A stretch of DNA of 64,000 nt from IMG/VR virus record IMGVR_UViG_3300023238_000006, positions 1-64,000 of that record; one strand, 5' to 3'. The notes under the pieces are model-generated. The model saw only the letters and a program-made list of their open reading frames with translations, was not told the DNA's origin and did no database searches. This document shows, piece after piece, positions 9,669 through 18,395 of this stretch. Origin of the DNA: a virus (Duplodnaviria > Heunggongvirae > Uroviricota > Caudoviricetes). The translations under genes were made by a program, and so were the position numbers. Every line of letters begins with the position of its first letter. The first letter of the stretch is position 1.

Positions 9669-9944
9669 ATGGAAGAACTTATACCCACTTTTACACTTAT
9701 CGCACTAGCAATCATGGCAATGTGGATGTTTCCATCTGCAAGATTCCGCAAAAGCATAGGTAACTCACTCACAAGTACTATAGAAGTACAAGCTAAAGCA
9801 ATGGTCCGTAATGCTCAGATGAATAGCATACAAAGTGAAGTGGAGACGATGAATGAGTTCTTAGACCAAGGTCTAACTGAAGCAAGTATAGCAGAAAGTT
9901 GTCAAGCATTTGACAGACTAATCGCTAGAACACCTAAAGCATAA
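9669..9944 (+). CDS. Hypothetical early protein (91 aa).
   Basis: ORF track. RBS aggaggttacaacaATG. Confidence 0.5.
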   Translation: MEELIPTFTLIALAIMAMWMFPSARFRKSIGNSLTSTIEVQAKAMVRNAQMNSIQSEVETMNEFLDQGLTEASIAESCQAFDRLIARTPKA

Positions 9945-9954
9945 GGAGTTAACA

Positions 9955-10311
9955 ATGGGAAGAAGTATACAGCCACCTGTGGCAGCTGTTAGAGCAACTT
10001 GGGACAATCACGTCCAACTTGCTAGTTACTTACAACATAAAGGGCTTACAGCTGACAAGACTGTAGCCTTCTTGAAGGGTAAGGATTACACCCTCAACAA
10101 CCTCAAGTACGAAGCAACTCGTGTATCAGCTGTAATAGCTGGTATTGAACTAAGTACTCCTGTAGATAAAGTCGAGGCGCTAGTTGCCTCAGTAGATTTA
10201 GTAAACTCTGGTCTAGCATCAGGGTCATTGAAGTATACAAAGGCCAAAGGTATCCAAGTAATGCCAATGGCAAAGCCAATAGAGCCACCTATTAACGAGG
10301 TAGCCTACTAA
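9955..10311 (+). CDS. Hypothetical early protein (118 aa).
   Basis: ORF track. RBS aaggagttaacaATG. Confidence 0.5.
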   Translation: MGRSIQPPVAAVRATWDNHVQLASYLQHKGLTADKTVAFLKGKDYTLNNLKYEATRVSAVIAGIELSTPVDKVEALVASVDLVNSGLASGSLKYTKAKGIQVMPMAKPIEPPINEVAY

Positions 10312-10423
10312 TGGTAATATCATACGATGTGTTGTTTGTTGCAACCCTCTGTTTAATATGTGCAGTAGCTTTGGTCATCCTTGACCATAACACCTCACAT
10401 CATCCGTTCTAAAGGAACATACT

Positions 10424-10516
10424 ATGAACAAGCTAACTAACAAGCTAGCCATATACTTAACTGTGTACCCAAATGGTACTGTTTGTCACTTCGCTAAGTG
10501 GCTAAAGACTGTGTAG
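10424..10516 (+). CDS. Very small ORF (30 aa) with an RBS, directly followed by a terminator.
   Basis: taaaggaacatactATG, then a hairpin at 10523. Confidence 0.25.
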   Translation: MNKLTNKLAIYLTVYPNGTVCHFAKWLKTV

Positions 10517-10522
10517 ACATTA

Positions 10523-10550
10523 GTAACCTTCGGGTTGCTCTTGTTTTTTT
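10523..10550 (+). terminator. Rho-independent terminator (GTAACC-TTCG-GGTTGC stem-loop plus T-run).
   Basis: gtaaccttcgggttgctcttgttttttt. Same hairpin core as the terminator at 15616. Confidence 0.6.
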
Positions 10551-10762
10551 AGGGCAACCCACACATCAGCCACAGCAACTGCTCTGCTAAAGCTACCACA
10601 CCGTTGCTGGAGAGGCCTACGGAGTAGGGCTATCCTTCTACCTAGTGCTACCCAGCTACTTGATAGGCCGGCTATCCTTGCCTCATATCCTCTTCGAGGA
10701 TTCGTGTGTGGCGGTATTTAATGGTTATGGTCATTACTTGCTAATAAACTAATGGAGATAAT

Positions 10763-11005
10763 ATGTTCGAAGTAACAATTGCAATGGTACTTGTACCTAT
10801 ATTCTTAATCCTAGCTTGGAACCTCAGAAGAGGGGTGTTCAGTCAAACTGCTATATGGAGAGAGAAGGTCATACTAACTACTAAGGACTCTGAAGTAGAT
10901 TTACAAGAAGACTATAAAGAGTTAGCTGATAAGGTAGTAGCCTCTAAGGCTAAACACGGAGACAAGTGGTTCAAGATGAGTGACATCGATGAGCTAATGA
11001 AGTAG
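10763..11005 (+). CDS. Hypothetical small membrane-anchored protein (80 aa).
   Basis: ORF track. Hydrophobic N-terminus. RBS ggagataatATG. Confidence 0.45.
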   Translation: MFEVTIAMVLVPIFLILAWNLRRGVFSQTAIWREKVILTTKDSEVDLQEDYKELADKVVASKAKHGDKWFKMSDIDELMK

Positions 11006-11072
11006 AAGGGGTATAACTACCTTTTACAAAATAGCATAAAGGCAAAGCCTTTGTGTATATAAGGAGATAACA

Positions 11073-11204
11073 ATGGAAATAATAACAATGGTCTTGGTGC
11101 TGATGTTCTGGCCTATAATAGTGCCAATAGTAGCACTAGTATACACAACAGTCGTATGGCGCCTAGTAAGCCTAGTAGGGCTTGTGATAGGTGGCAACAA
11201 GTGA
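11073..11204 (+). CDS. Small hydrophobic peptide (43 aa).
   Basis: ataaggagataacaATG. Entirely hydrophobic core. Confidence 0.35.
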   Translation: MEIITMVLVLMFWPIIVPIVALVYTTVVWRLVSLVGLVIGGNK

Positions 11205-11243
11205 AGAAGGTGGTAGACTCTATAGAAGAGGCGCTAGAGCCTT

Positions 11244-11264
11244 GTAAACGACTCACTATATATA
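11244..11264 (+). promoter_or_regulatory. T7-class phage promoter-like sequence gTAAACGACTCACTATAtat. 13 of 13 match the T7 consensus -13..-1 ACGACTCACTATA.
   Basis: Direct comparison with TAATACGACTCACTATAG. Chance occurrence in 64 kb is improbable. The phage encodes a T7-like RNAP. Confidence 0.5.
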
Positions 11265-11536
11265 TTCTAGGAGTAGTTGTGGGAATCCTCACACAAGTAC
11301 TAGCTACTATCTCGTAAGACCTTCTAGGAGACCCGTGACGGGTCGCTACTTCAATAAGGTACTGGAGTAGCCTTTAGGGGAGATCGTGGCGTAGAGAGGC
11401 TCGTAGGTACTGTACACGCCTCTCACAGCCCTAACAAACACTCCACCTACAACAACCACTAAACAACCTCTGTACATACTAAGCTACACTTAAGCCTATG
11501 TACACTACAATACCAAATATGACATAAAGGGTAACT

Positions 11537-12007
11537 ATGAATTACGAACTACTCCAAAGAGATATAGTCGTAGCCACTGATAAGAAGTGGCTTAAACGCC
11601 ACCACTATTACACAACAGCTATCAAGCTATACGGAGTACTAGCTAAATCTCCACCAGACCTATCAGACACTGCTATGGCGTACCTCTGTACTATGGGGCT
11701 AACAACATACCAAGAGGCTAAACGACAACTAGTCCACTCAGGGCTACTAGAAGTACATAAGATTAACTCCACCACAATAGTATTCGTACTAGGAGATAAA
11801 GCTATAAGATACTACGCTAGACGCATAGCCTCTAAAGAGCACCAAAGGGTCCTACGCAAGGCCTTAGAGAGTATTAACTACCCAGACGCACCTGTATCTA
11901 TAGAAGAGGACGAAGTTACCTTAGACTATTCAGAGACAGATTTAGTAGCCTTAGCACAGACTATACCTAAACCTATAGCTATAGATACAAATATAGTAGT
12001 ACTATAG
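11537..12007 (+). CDS. Hypothetical protein (156 aa).
   Basis: ORF track. RBS taaagggtaactATG. Confidence 0.5.
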   Translation: MNYELLQRDIVVATDKKWLKRHHYYTTAIKLYGVLAKSPPDLSDTAMAYLCTMGLTTYQEAKRQLVHSGLLEVHKINSTTIVFVLGDKAIRYYARRIASKEHQRVLRKALESINYPDAPVSIEEDEVTLDYSETDLVALAQTIPKPIAIDTNIVVL

Positions 12008-12423
12008 CACCAGTATACACGTAACGCCGTGTGGACTAGTATCGTCTCTGTCTTACAGAAACTCTAGTAATATAGAAGCCTCGCAAAAACACCACCTAAA
12101 ACCCTTGCAAACATAAGGTACAGCGAGGTTTAGTCGTGTACAATAATAAAAGTGGCATAAAGGCACTTCAGCCCAGCTCTTACTACGAGCCTTCAACAAT
12201 TACATAAATACCATAAAGGCATACTATGAACTACCAACAAGAAGACATTAATAGGAGAAGTCTCAGATAGAGGCTTGCCACTTCTAGCATTAGAACTAGA
12301 GACTAAATATAATCTACCTGCAGAGGTAATTATAGAAAGTGACATAAAGGCCTTCCACCTTTTATTTAAGTATAGAATCAGACCTAATATCCACTACTCT
12401 CCACTAAGCCTAAAGGACTCACA

Positions 12424-12600
12424 ATGACAAGATTAGAATCAGCAATCCAAAGTAGAAAAGAAACAGCAATGGTACAAGCATACCTAAGAACCTCATTCGT
12501 AACGCAATGTAAACCAGTAGGAACTCCTCACCAAGTGGTAAGAGCAACTCCATTCAGCCTCAGACTAGCTACCTTAGAAGTATCAGCGGAGAAGAGATAA
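12424..12600 (+). CDS. Small hypothetical protein (58 aa).
   Basis: Manual translation. RBS taaaggactcacaATG. Confidence 0.35.
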   Translation: MTRLESAIQSRKETAMVQAYLRTSFVTQCKPVGTPHQVVRATPFSLRLATLEVSAEKR

Positions 12601-12731
12601 TGACTACTCGTACTCGTACTAGCCGTAGCTACCGTCCACTTCACTCACCTCGTACACCTAAGCCTCTACATTCTCTTCGAGAATTAATGTGTAATGGTTC
12701 CATAACAATCCTTAGAAACTCAAAAGCATAA
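12600..12731 (+). CDS. Small basic Arg/Thr/Ser/Pro-rich peptide (43 aa, MTTRTRTSRSYRPLHSPRTPKPL...).
   Basis: Manual translation. ATAATG start overlap. It overlaps a nucleotide motif that is also found non-coding at 10690. Confidence 0.25.
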   Translation: MTTRTRTSRSYRPLHSPRTPKPLHSLRELMCNGSITILRNSKA

Positions 12732-12809
12732 TAAATCTATTATAACTAGCCTCAAGCGTACCCTGAAAAGGTGCTAACCAAACTCACCACTAAACCAAGG
12801 AATCAATAA

Positions 12810-13439
12810 ATGAACATCACTAACTTAAGCACAACAGCAACAACTACTCTAGAAGCATTAGTAGCCGGTATCGAAGCAAAAGCATCAGCAAAAGCATTAG
12901 ACCGTAGGATAGCAATCCTTTCCACAGAGAGTGGTGCTAATAAGTTAATGCGTCAGAAAGACGGTAGAACTCTTGGTGCTATCACAACTCGTATTGCAGA
13001 CATCACAGAGAAGCCAGTATTCTCAGGCTTCACATACAATGGTAATGTTGAAACAATAGTAGCCATAGCTTCAGCACTTCAGTATATGAAAGGAGACCTT
13101 AGAGAATCTATCTCTGAAACTATCTGGGCTACATTCGACGGAGATACTCGTACAGACATCATCAATGCATATGGTCGCCTACCGTACTTAGCAGATGAGC
13201 TAGCTATAGAAATCAATGGAGTTGATGTAATCGTAGACCCTAACGCTCGTCCTCTAGCTAAAGCAGGTATTCAGCCTAATGTAGCTGAGTTAGAGATGTT
13301 AGTAAACACTATTGCTATGAACCTAAACCTATTAGGGGAATACAACTGTACTCAAAGAGAAGCGGACAAGAGTTGGGCAGATGCTAATCGCAAGATTAAC
13401 AAAGCAGAAATCCTCGACTCATACAAAGCTTCACTATAG
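12810..13439 (+). CDS. Hypothetical protein (209 aa) immediately upstream of the RNAP gene. Whether it substitutes for the N-terminal domain the RNAP lacks is speculative.
   Basis: ORF track. Adjacency to an RNAP that is truncated at its N-terminus. No detectable motif. Confidence 0.45.
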   Translation: MNITNLSTTATTTLEALVAGIEAKASAKALDRRIAILSTESGANKLMRQKDGRTLGAITTRIADITEKPVFSGFTYNGNVETIVAIASALQYMKGDLRESISETIWATFDGDTRTDIINAYGRLPYLADELAIEINGVDVIVDPNARPLAKAGIQPNVAELEMLVNTIAMNLNLLGEYNCTQREADKSWADANRKINKAEILDSYKASL

Positions 13440-13495
13440 CCATACGGTTAAGACTTAGGTCTTAGCCTCCTACCAAAACCCCAAGGAGATAATAA

Positions 13496-15259
13496 ATGAA
13501 TTTAGAATTAGAACTACCCGAGATAGTAGACTACCTCGACATAAACAACGATACAACAGTTGAGATGTTAACAGCACTCTTCCACCGTATAACTTACAAC
13601 CTAGGGGCTACCAGCCTCACTTACTGGTTAGATAAGTTCACAGACCACAAGCAAGGCAATCGTATGATACTACAGCTATCACTACGAGGAGTAATAGTAA
13701 CTACAGTCAAACACAACTATGCAGAAATAGAAATGTCTAAGCAATGGTTACTACAGAACAACACTCAAGAAGAGTTAGATGCTCTTATCCTTAGCAATAA
13801 GCTTAATAAATATCTACCAATCAGAGCTAACCTTAACAAGCCTCTAGTATCAGACCAAGTTAAGCTATCATCTGGTATCCAAGCTACTGGCCTATCTCGC
13901 CCATCATTCGCTAAAGCTGGCCATAACATATTCACATACGATACAGCTATGATGAGCCTCTACAGAGACGAGATAGTTAAGTTCTCAATCAAAGCTATGG
14001 AGAAGATGGAAGCTAAGCTCCACCGCTCTCTAAGACTACCTGAAGCACACGACTATGGCTCTATCATAGAACAAGCTATAGACCTCATCATAGCTAACTC
14101 TCACCACGAGTATATGCTAGGTAGCCTAGTCCTAGATAGTAGAGGTAGAGCTATATACCAATGCCTTAAAACTATCTTCAATCCAATTTCTAACAAGATG
14201 GCTAGAGCTCTGGTAAAGGCTCCAGGAGAGTTAGTAACAGCAGATAGTGCTAAGGGTGCTTTCCTATTCATAGCTGAAATCTACTCAGGCTTCAACCCTA
14301 ATATCCCAGCTAAGATTGAGCAGGGTATAGACTGCTACGCAGACCGCCTATACCACGAAATAGACGCAGACACTGAAGAAGGCTTAGACTCCTTATTCGA
14401 AAACATATGGTTAGAACGGCTATACGCAGATATGGAAGCTTTCGAAGCCAATCCATACCACCTAGTAACAACTCCACTAGAAGTGGACTTCTCAGCATCA
14501 AACCTAACTATCATAGGACTACTACTAGGGCACACAGACTATGTAGATGACTCTAGATATATGTGGGACATAGATGGCCTTAGCAAGAACCACGTTAAGT
14601 TTGCACAGACTCCATATGTATTTGGTAGCTCAGCCTCAATAAAATCACTATGGGCTAAGAACAAGCTAGACTTCACAGCAACTCAAGTTGACATTATGAG
14701 AACAGCTCAACTAAGAGGTAAGTTTGCTATTGCCAATGAGTTCAAGGACATCATAATCAACCATTGCCATCCAACAGCAGTAATGGAGTTCCATATAGCT
14801 GATGAGAAGTTCAGGGTAGAGTGTAATAAGACTAAGAACATAGGCGAAACTACTAAAAGCTATATAGTCTTAGACTCAATTAGCAACAAGTTCAACCTAA
14901 TCCAGCATACTAACACTCACAAGACACCAGACCTTAAGCAGTTTAGACGCTACCCAGTGACTGGTATCATCCACAATCGCGATAGCTGGTTACTAGACTT
15001 CGTATTCTCAGCACTACCTTGGGGATTACCTATCCACGATGCGGGCATAGTAACTTGGTCAGGGGCAACAACTATGCGAAACAAAGCTGTAGAAGGTATG
15101 ACAATCATACATTCTACTAGACAAGAGACTGTATACAACTACCTTAAATCTATAAACTTAGACACAGCTGGCTTAACAAAGTATGCAAAGCTACTAGGTA
15201 AAGTTGCAGACTTAAACAAAGACAAGACAATGACTATCTCACCGTACTTACTAAAATAG
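13496..15259 (+). CDS. Compact T7-like single-subunit DNA-dependent RNA polymerase (587 aa).
   Basis: Motifs are aligned to T7 RNAP by eye. LVLDSRGRAIY matches DWRGRVY. EVDFSASNLTI matches motif A (AFDGSCSGIQ). TPYVFGSSASI matches motif B (TLAYGS). GLPIHDAGIV matches motif C (HDSFG). The protein is about 200-300 aa shorter at the N-terminus than T7 RNAP. Confidence 0.75.
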   Translation: MNLELELPEIVDYLDINNDTTVEMLTALFHRITYNLGATSLTYWLDKFTDHKQGNRMILQLSLRGVIVTTVKHNYAEIEMSKQWLLQNNTQEELDALILSNKLNKYLPIRANLNKPLVSDQVKLSSGIQATGLSRPSFAKAGHNIFTYDTAMMSLYRDEIVKFSIKAMEKMEAKLHRSLRLPEAHDYGSIIEQAIDLIIANSHHEYMLGSLVLDSRGRAIYQCLKTIFNPISNKMARALVKAPGELVTADSAKGAFLFIAEIYSGFNPNIPAKIEQGIDCYADRLYHEIDADTEEGLDSLFENIWLERLYADMEAFEANPYHLVTTPLEVDFSASNLTIIGLLLGHTDYVDDSRYMWDIDGLSKNHVKFAQTPYVFGSSASIKSLWAKNKLDFTATQVDIMRTAQLRGKFAIANEFKDIIINHCHPTAVMEFHIADEKFRVECNKTKNIGETTKSYIVLDSISNKFNLIQHTNTHKTPDLKQFRRYPVTGIIHNRDSWLLDFVFSALPWGLPIHDAGIVTWSGATTMRNKAVEGMTIIHSTRQETVYNYLKSINLDTAGLTKYAKLLGKVADLNKDKTMTISPYLLK

Positions 15260-15286
15260 TAAGCGGGAGTAACAAAGGATTAAACA

Positions 15287-15619
15287 ATGAATCAAATATT
15301 TATCAACCTAACATCACATACACTAAACGAAGTAACAACAGGGATGGCTCTACCAGTAAGTGGCATAGTAGCTAGAGTTAAAAGTAGTACAACTACTCAT
15401 AGAGTTCACAATGGTATCCCTATCTACATCTCTGATTTCGGAGAAATACAAGGACTACCAGAGCCAATAGAAGGTACTATATATGTAGTAAGTGCATTAG
15501 CACTAAATGCTATACCGCCACACCGTACAGATGTGGTTGCCCCAGGTAATCTACAGCGGGACCAAGATGGTAAGCCTATAGGGTGTGTAGGATTTAGAAC
15601 AAGTGACCGCACTAAGTAA
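15287..15619 (+). CDS. Hypothetical protein (110 aa).
   Basis: ORF track. RBS aaaggattaaacaATG. Confidence 0.5.
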   Translation: MNQIFINLTSHTLNEVTTGMALPVSGIVARVKSSTTTHRVHNGIPIYISDFGEIQGLPEPIEGTIYVVSALALNAIPPHRTDVVAPGNLQRDQDGKPIGCVGFRTSDRTK

Positions 15620-15645
15620 CCTTCGGGTTACCAGTCTTTTTTTTT
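15616..15645 (+). terminator. Rho-independent terminator (GTAACC-TTCG-GGTTAC plus T9).
   Basis: gtaaccttcgggttaccagtcttttttttt. Confidence 0.7.
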
Positions 15646-15681
15646 CAAACAACTATAGTAACAATATAAGGCAAAAGGAGT

Positions 15682-15708
15682 AGGCTTTGGCTACTAAGCC
15701 TTTTTTTT
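15682..15708 (+). terminator. Second tandem terminator (AGGCTT...AAGCCT plus T8).
   Basis: aggctttggctactaagcctttttttt. Confidence 0.6.
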
Positions 15709-15836
15709 CAACCTACAAGCAAGAGAGACCCCAACTAAAAGGAACAACAATGACTATAAAGACAACAACAGTAACAACTACACCAGCACTCAACATACTA
15801 CCCAACGGTGAGATGGATCCTTCCAAATCCCAATAG

Positions 15837-16022
15837 ATGTTTGGGGGAGTAATTTACAACGTAGTAACCCCATTCCATTCTTACTCAATACAACGGGAGG
15901 GGGAGACCTTATGGTACGACCCAAAATATGATATGAGTAACACTGACCTATCCACATTGCTAGATGAAATCCACGCAATGGATTGTGACTACGAACACTA
16001 CTGTGAATCCCTCGGAATTTAA
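15837..16022 (+). CDS. Hypothetical small protein (61 aa).
   Basis: ORF track. Confidence 0.35.
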   Translation: MFGGVIYNVVTPFHSYSIQREGETLWYDPKYDMSNTDLSTLLDEIHAMDCDYEHYCESLGI

Positions 16023-16031
16023 GGAAAACAA

Positions 16032-16271
16032 ATGAACATATACAAAGTATCACAAACAGAAAACAGAGGGTATGATACATATGATAGCTTCATATGCTAC
16101 GCACTAACAGAAGAAGATGCCGCTAACCAGCTACCAACTGGCCGCCACACTTGGAAAGATTCCTACTGCTCATGGTGTACCAACCCGTCCAAAACAACAG
16201 TAGAGTATATAGGTACTTCAACATACCCAGTAATGGCTGGTTTAATACTATCATCCTTCAATGCAGGATAG
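16032..16271 (+). CDS. Hypothetical small protein (79 aa).
   Basis: ORF track. RBS aaggaaaacaaATG. Confidence 0.45.
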   Translation: MNIYKVSQTENRGYDTYDSFICYALTEEDAANQLPTGRHTWKDSYCSWCTNPSKTTVEYIGTSTYPVMAGLILSSFNAG

Positions 16272-16615
16272 AAAGCAATGAAATACCTACTACTAGCTAT
16301 AGCCCTACGACTACGTAGGGAAACACCAAAGATAAGAGGCACATACACACCTAATGCTCTTAGAGCTTCCCACTTCAAACTCATCGAATACGATGAGATG
16401 ATATTTTTAGGAGAATTATAATGACTAAACTAGCATACCAACAAGCTCGTAATGCTTACAACAGAGGGGGAGGTGTTAGTAAACACTAATCCAGGTAGTA
16501 CATACCATCCTAAGATCTTCTCTATATTAGGAACCCACTACTCTACTAATCACAAAAGGGCTAAGAAGCTTCGCCACTACAAACTAGCTTTCGTAACTGA
16601 GCAAAAGGACCACTA

Positions 16616-16849
16616 ATGTTTAACCCATTCAAATGGCTAATCCCAGAAAAGAGTGCCTTCGATAAACTATACGACTTAATCATTGCAGACAACACCGCAG
16701 GAATACCTATAGGGGATATGCGTGAAAGAATTAACTCCTTATACGAAGTAATGCTAACTGTTGGAGATGGTAAGAAAGCTACCTACATAAATGAGCTACT
16801 ACGTAGCGAAGTGTATGCTATTAGACTAAAGAATACAAAGGAAAACTAA
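16616..16849 (+). CDS. Hypothetical small protein (77 aa).
   Basis: ORF track. Confidence 0.45.
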   Translation: MFNPFKWLIPEKSAFDKLYDLIIADNTAGIPIGDMRERINSLYEVMLTVGDGKKATYINELLRSEVYAIRLKNTKEN

Positions 16850-17229
16850 TGTCTCACTCTCACTCACACCCAGAAGACTTATACAAAGTGGTATACAACT
16901 CTTGCTTCGGAGGCTTTAGCTTGAGCAAAGAAGCAGAGGAATGGATATGCACTAAACTACATATAACAGCTCTCCACGCAGGTGTGGGAATGTTTGAGCA
17001 CCTAATCCTGTCAGATGTAGATGCGGTTACCTACGAAGCTAATACTCAACGCCACTCACCACTTCTAGTAGAATGCGTAGAAACGTTAGGTTCAGCTAAA
17101 TCCTCCGGTAGATGCGCCAGCTTACAAATAGGAGTCATACAAGGTAACCAGTACTTCATAGAGGAGTATGATGGTAGCGAATCAGTAATCACTCCCGCAG
17201 ATGATATAGGCAAGTGGACAACAATTTAA
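16849..17229 (+). CDS. Hypothetical protein (126 aa).
   Basis: ORF track. ATG overlaps the upstream stop. Confidence 0.5.
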   Translation: MSHSHSHPEDLYKVVYNSCFGGFSLSKEAEEWICTKLHITALHAGVGMFEHLILSDVDAVTYEANTQRHSPLLVECVETLGSAKSSGRCASLQIGVIQGNQYFIEEYDGSESVITPADDIGKWTTI

Positions 17230-17487
17230 TGTTCATACTAGTAAACAAAGACGGAGCTATGCTAGTACGTCAATCAGCCTATGCCTTATTCTTCGCAGAT
17301 AAAGGTTACACTATTGAAGCCCTAGGTAGTTGGCTAACTTGTATGGAATGTATGGCAATCATAAAAGGCTACCATACAAACATACAGCTATAGTCCTCAG
17401 AGTAATTCTAAGGTACCAACAAGGCCTTAACTACCTTAACCCAACCCTAAGTATACCTAGCTATACTTTAGCCCTTCAGGAGGAGCT

Positions 17488-17952
17488 ATGGAACTACCAA
17501 GAGGCGCTGAAGCCTTATTGCTAGCTGCTGCCCAGCATCTAACAGAAGAAGACTTCAAGACTAAGGACCTAGGCCGCTACCTCCTAGCCAAGAAGAAGCG
17601 GCTACTAAAGATAGCCTTCCCAGTAGTTAAGGTAGAAGTAACAACCCTCCATGGTATCTACTTCCTCTACAACCACAACAGGATTGTCTACATAGACCAT
17701 AGCCTAGATTGTGAAAATGACATAAAGGCCTTTGCACTAGCTAAGGATATGACATTCAACAACTACAAGATCTTTCCTATGCATAGCTCATCCGACATCA
17801 TAGTCCTAGCTGTCTACTTAGCTAACAAGTTTAAACCGCAGTACAACCTTAACATTGGCATCACCACTTTGTCATTTAAAATCACCAACTACCCAACTCT
17901 CCTCGGCGAAGCAATACGAGGAACAGTTGCAGATCTCATAGCTACTTTATAA
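17488..17952 (+). CDS. Hypothetical protein (154 aa).
   Basis: ORF track. RBS aggaggagctATG. Confidence 0.5.
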   Translation: MELPRGAEALLLAAAQHLTEEDFKTKDLGRYLLAKKKRLLKIAFPVVKVEVTTLHGIYFLYNHNRIVYIDHSLDCENDIKAFALAKDMTFNNYKIFPMHSSSDIIVLAVYLANKFKPQYNLNIGITTLSFKITNYPTLLGEAIRGTVADLIATL

Positions 17953-17970
17953 GTAGCTTAACAAAACAAA

Positions 17971-18042
17971 CTAATACTCTCAATGAAGCTAATCTTAAGA
18001 TCCCTATCCTCCTACGGTAGGTTAGTTTCATTGAGAGTAATA
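17971..18042. promoter_or_regulatory. Long imperfect inverted repeat (19/21, 13-bp perfect core TACTCTCAATGAA / TTCATTGAGAGTA) enclosing a nested CCTACGGTAGG palindrome. It lies upstream of gene 18055.
   Basis: Direct reading. Confidence 0.45.
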
Positions 18043-18054
18043 TAAGGAATTATA

Positions 18055-18297
18055 ATGAAAGTAAAGATACTACGCAATACAGATGAAGATGAAATAAACG
18101 AGTTTATATCAGATAAAGATATTGTTACCATTACGTATCACACCCAAACTACTGGATACTATGATGTTTGCTTCATAACTTACAACGATAAGGAGGAAGG
18201 TAATGAACCTAACAATACTTCTAGTAACCTCATCGCTTATTGTGAGCGCGATAGTCACAGCATTAGCAATCTATCAAATAGATATCTATTCGAATAA
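18055..18297 (+). CDS. Hypothetical small protein (80 aa).
   Basis: ORF track. RBS tataaggaattataATG. Confidence 0.4.
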   Translation: MKVKILRNTDEDEINEFISDKDIVTITYHTQTTGYYDVCFITYNDKEEGNEPNNTSSNLIAYCERDSHSISNLSNRYLFE

Positions 18298-18394
18298 CCT
18301 CCACAAATGTGAAGCCACTCGTGACTCCATCATCCGTACAACTAAGGCTACATATGCCTTTAAACTTAAACAAATACAAGCATTAAGGAACTAA
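18203..18394 (+). CDS. Small membrane protein (63 aa) with a strong SD (ggaggaaggtaATG). It overlaps the previous ORF out of frame.
   Basis: ORF track. Hydrophobic N-terminus. Confidence 0.4.
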   Translation: MNLTILLVTSSLIVSAIVTALAIYQIDIYSNNLHKCEATRDSIIRTTKATYAFKLKQIQALRN

Positions 18395-18395
18395 G

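Noticed and set aside
15790-16080. Minus-strand ORF of 96 aa opposite small plus-strand genes.
   Set aside because: It is antisense to plus-strand ORFs that have RBSs, in a block that is otherwise entirely plus-stranded. Its hydrophobic, Cys-rich composition is typical of spurious frames.
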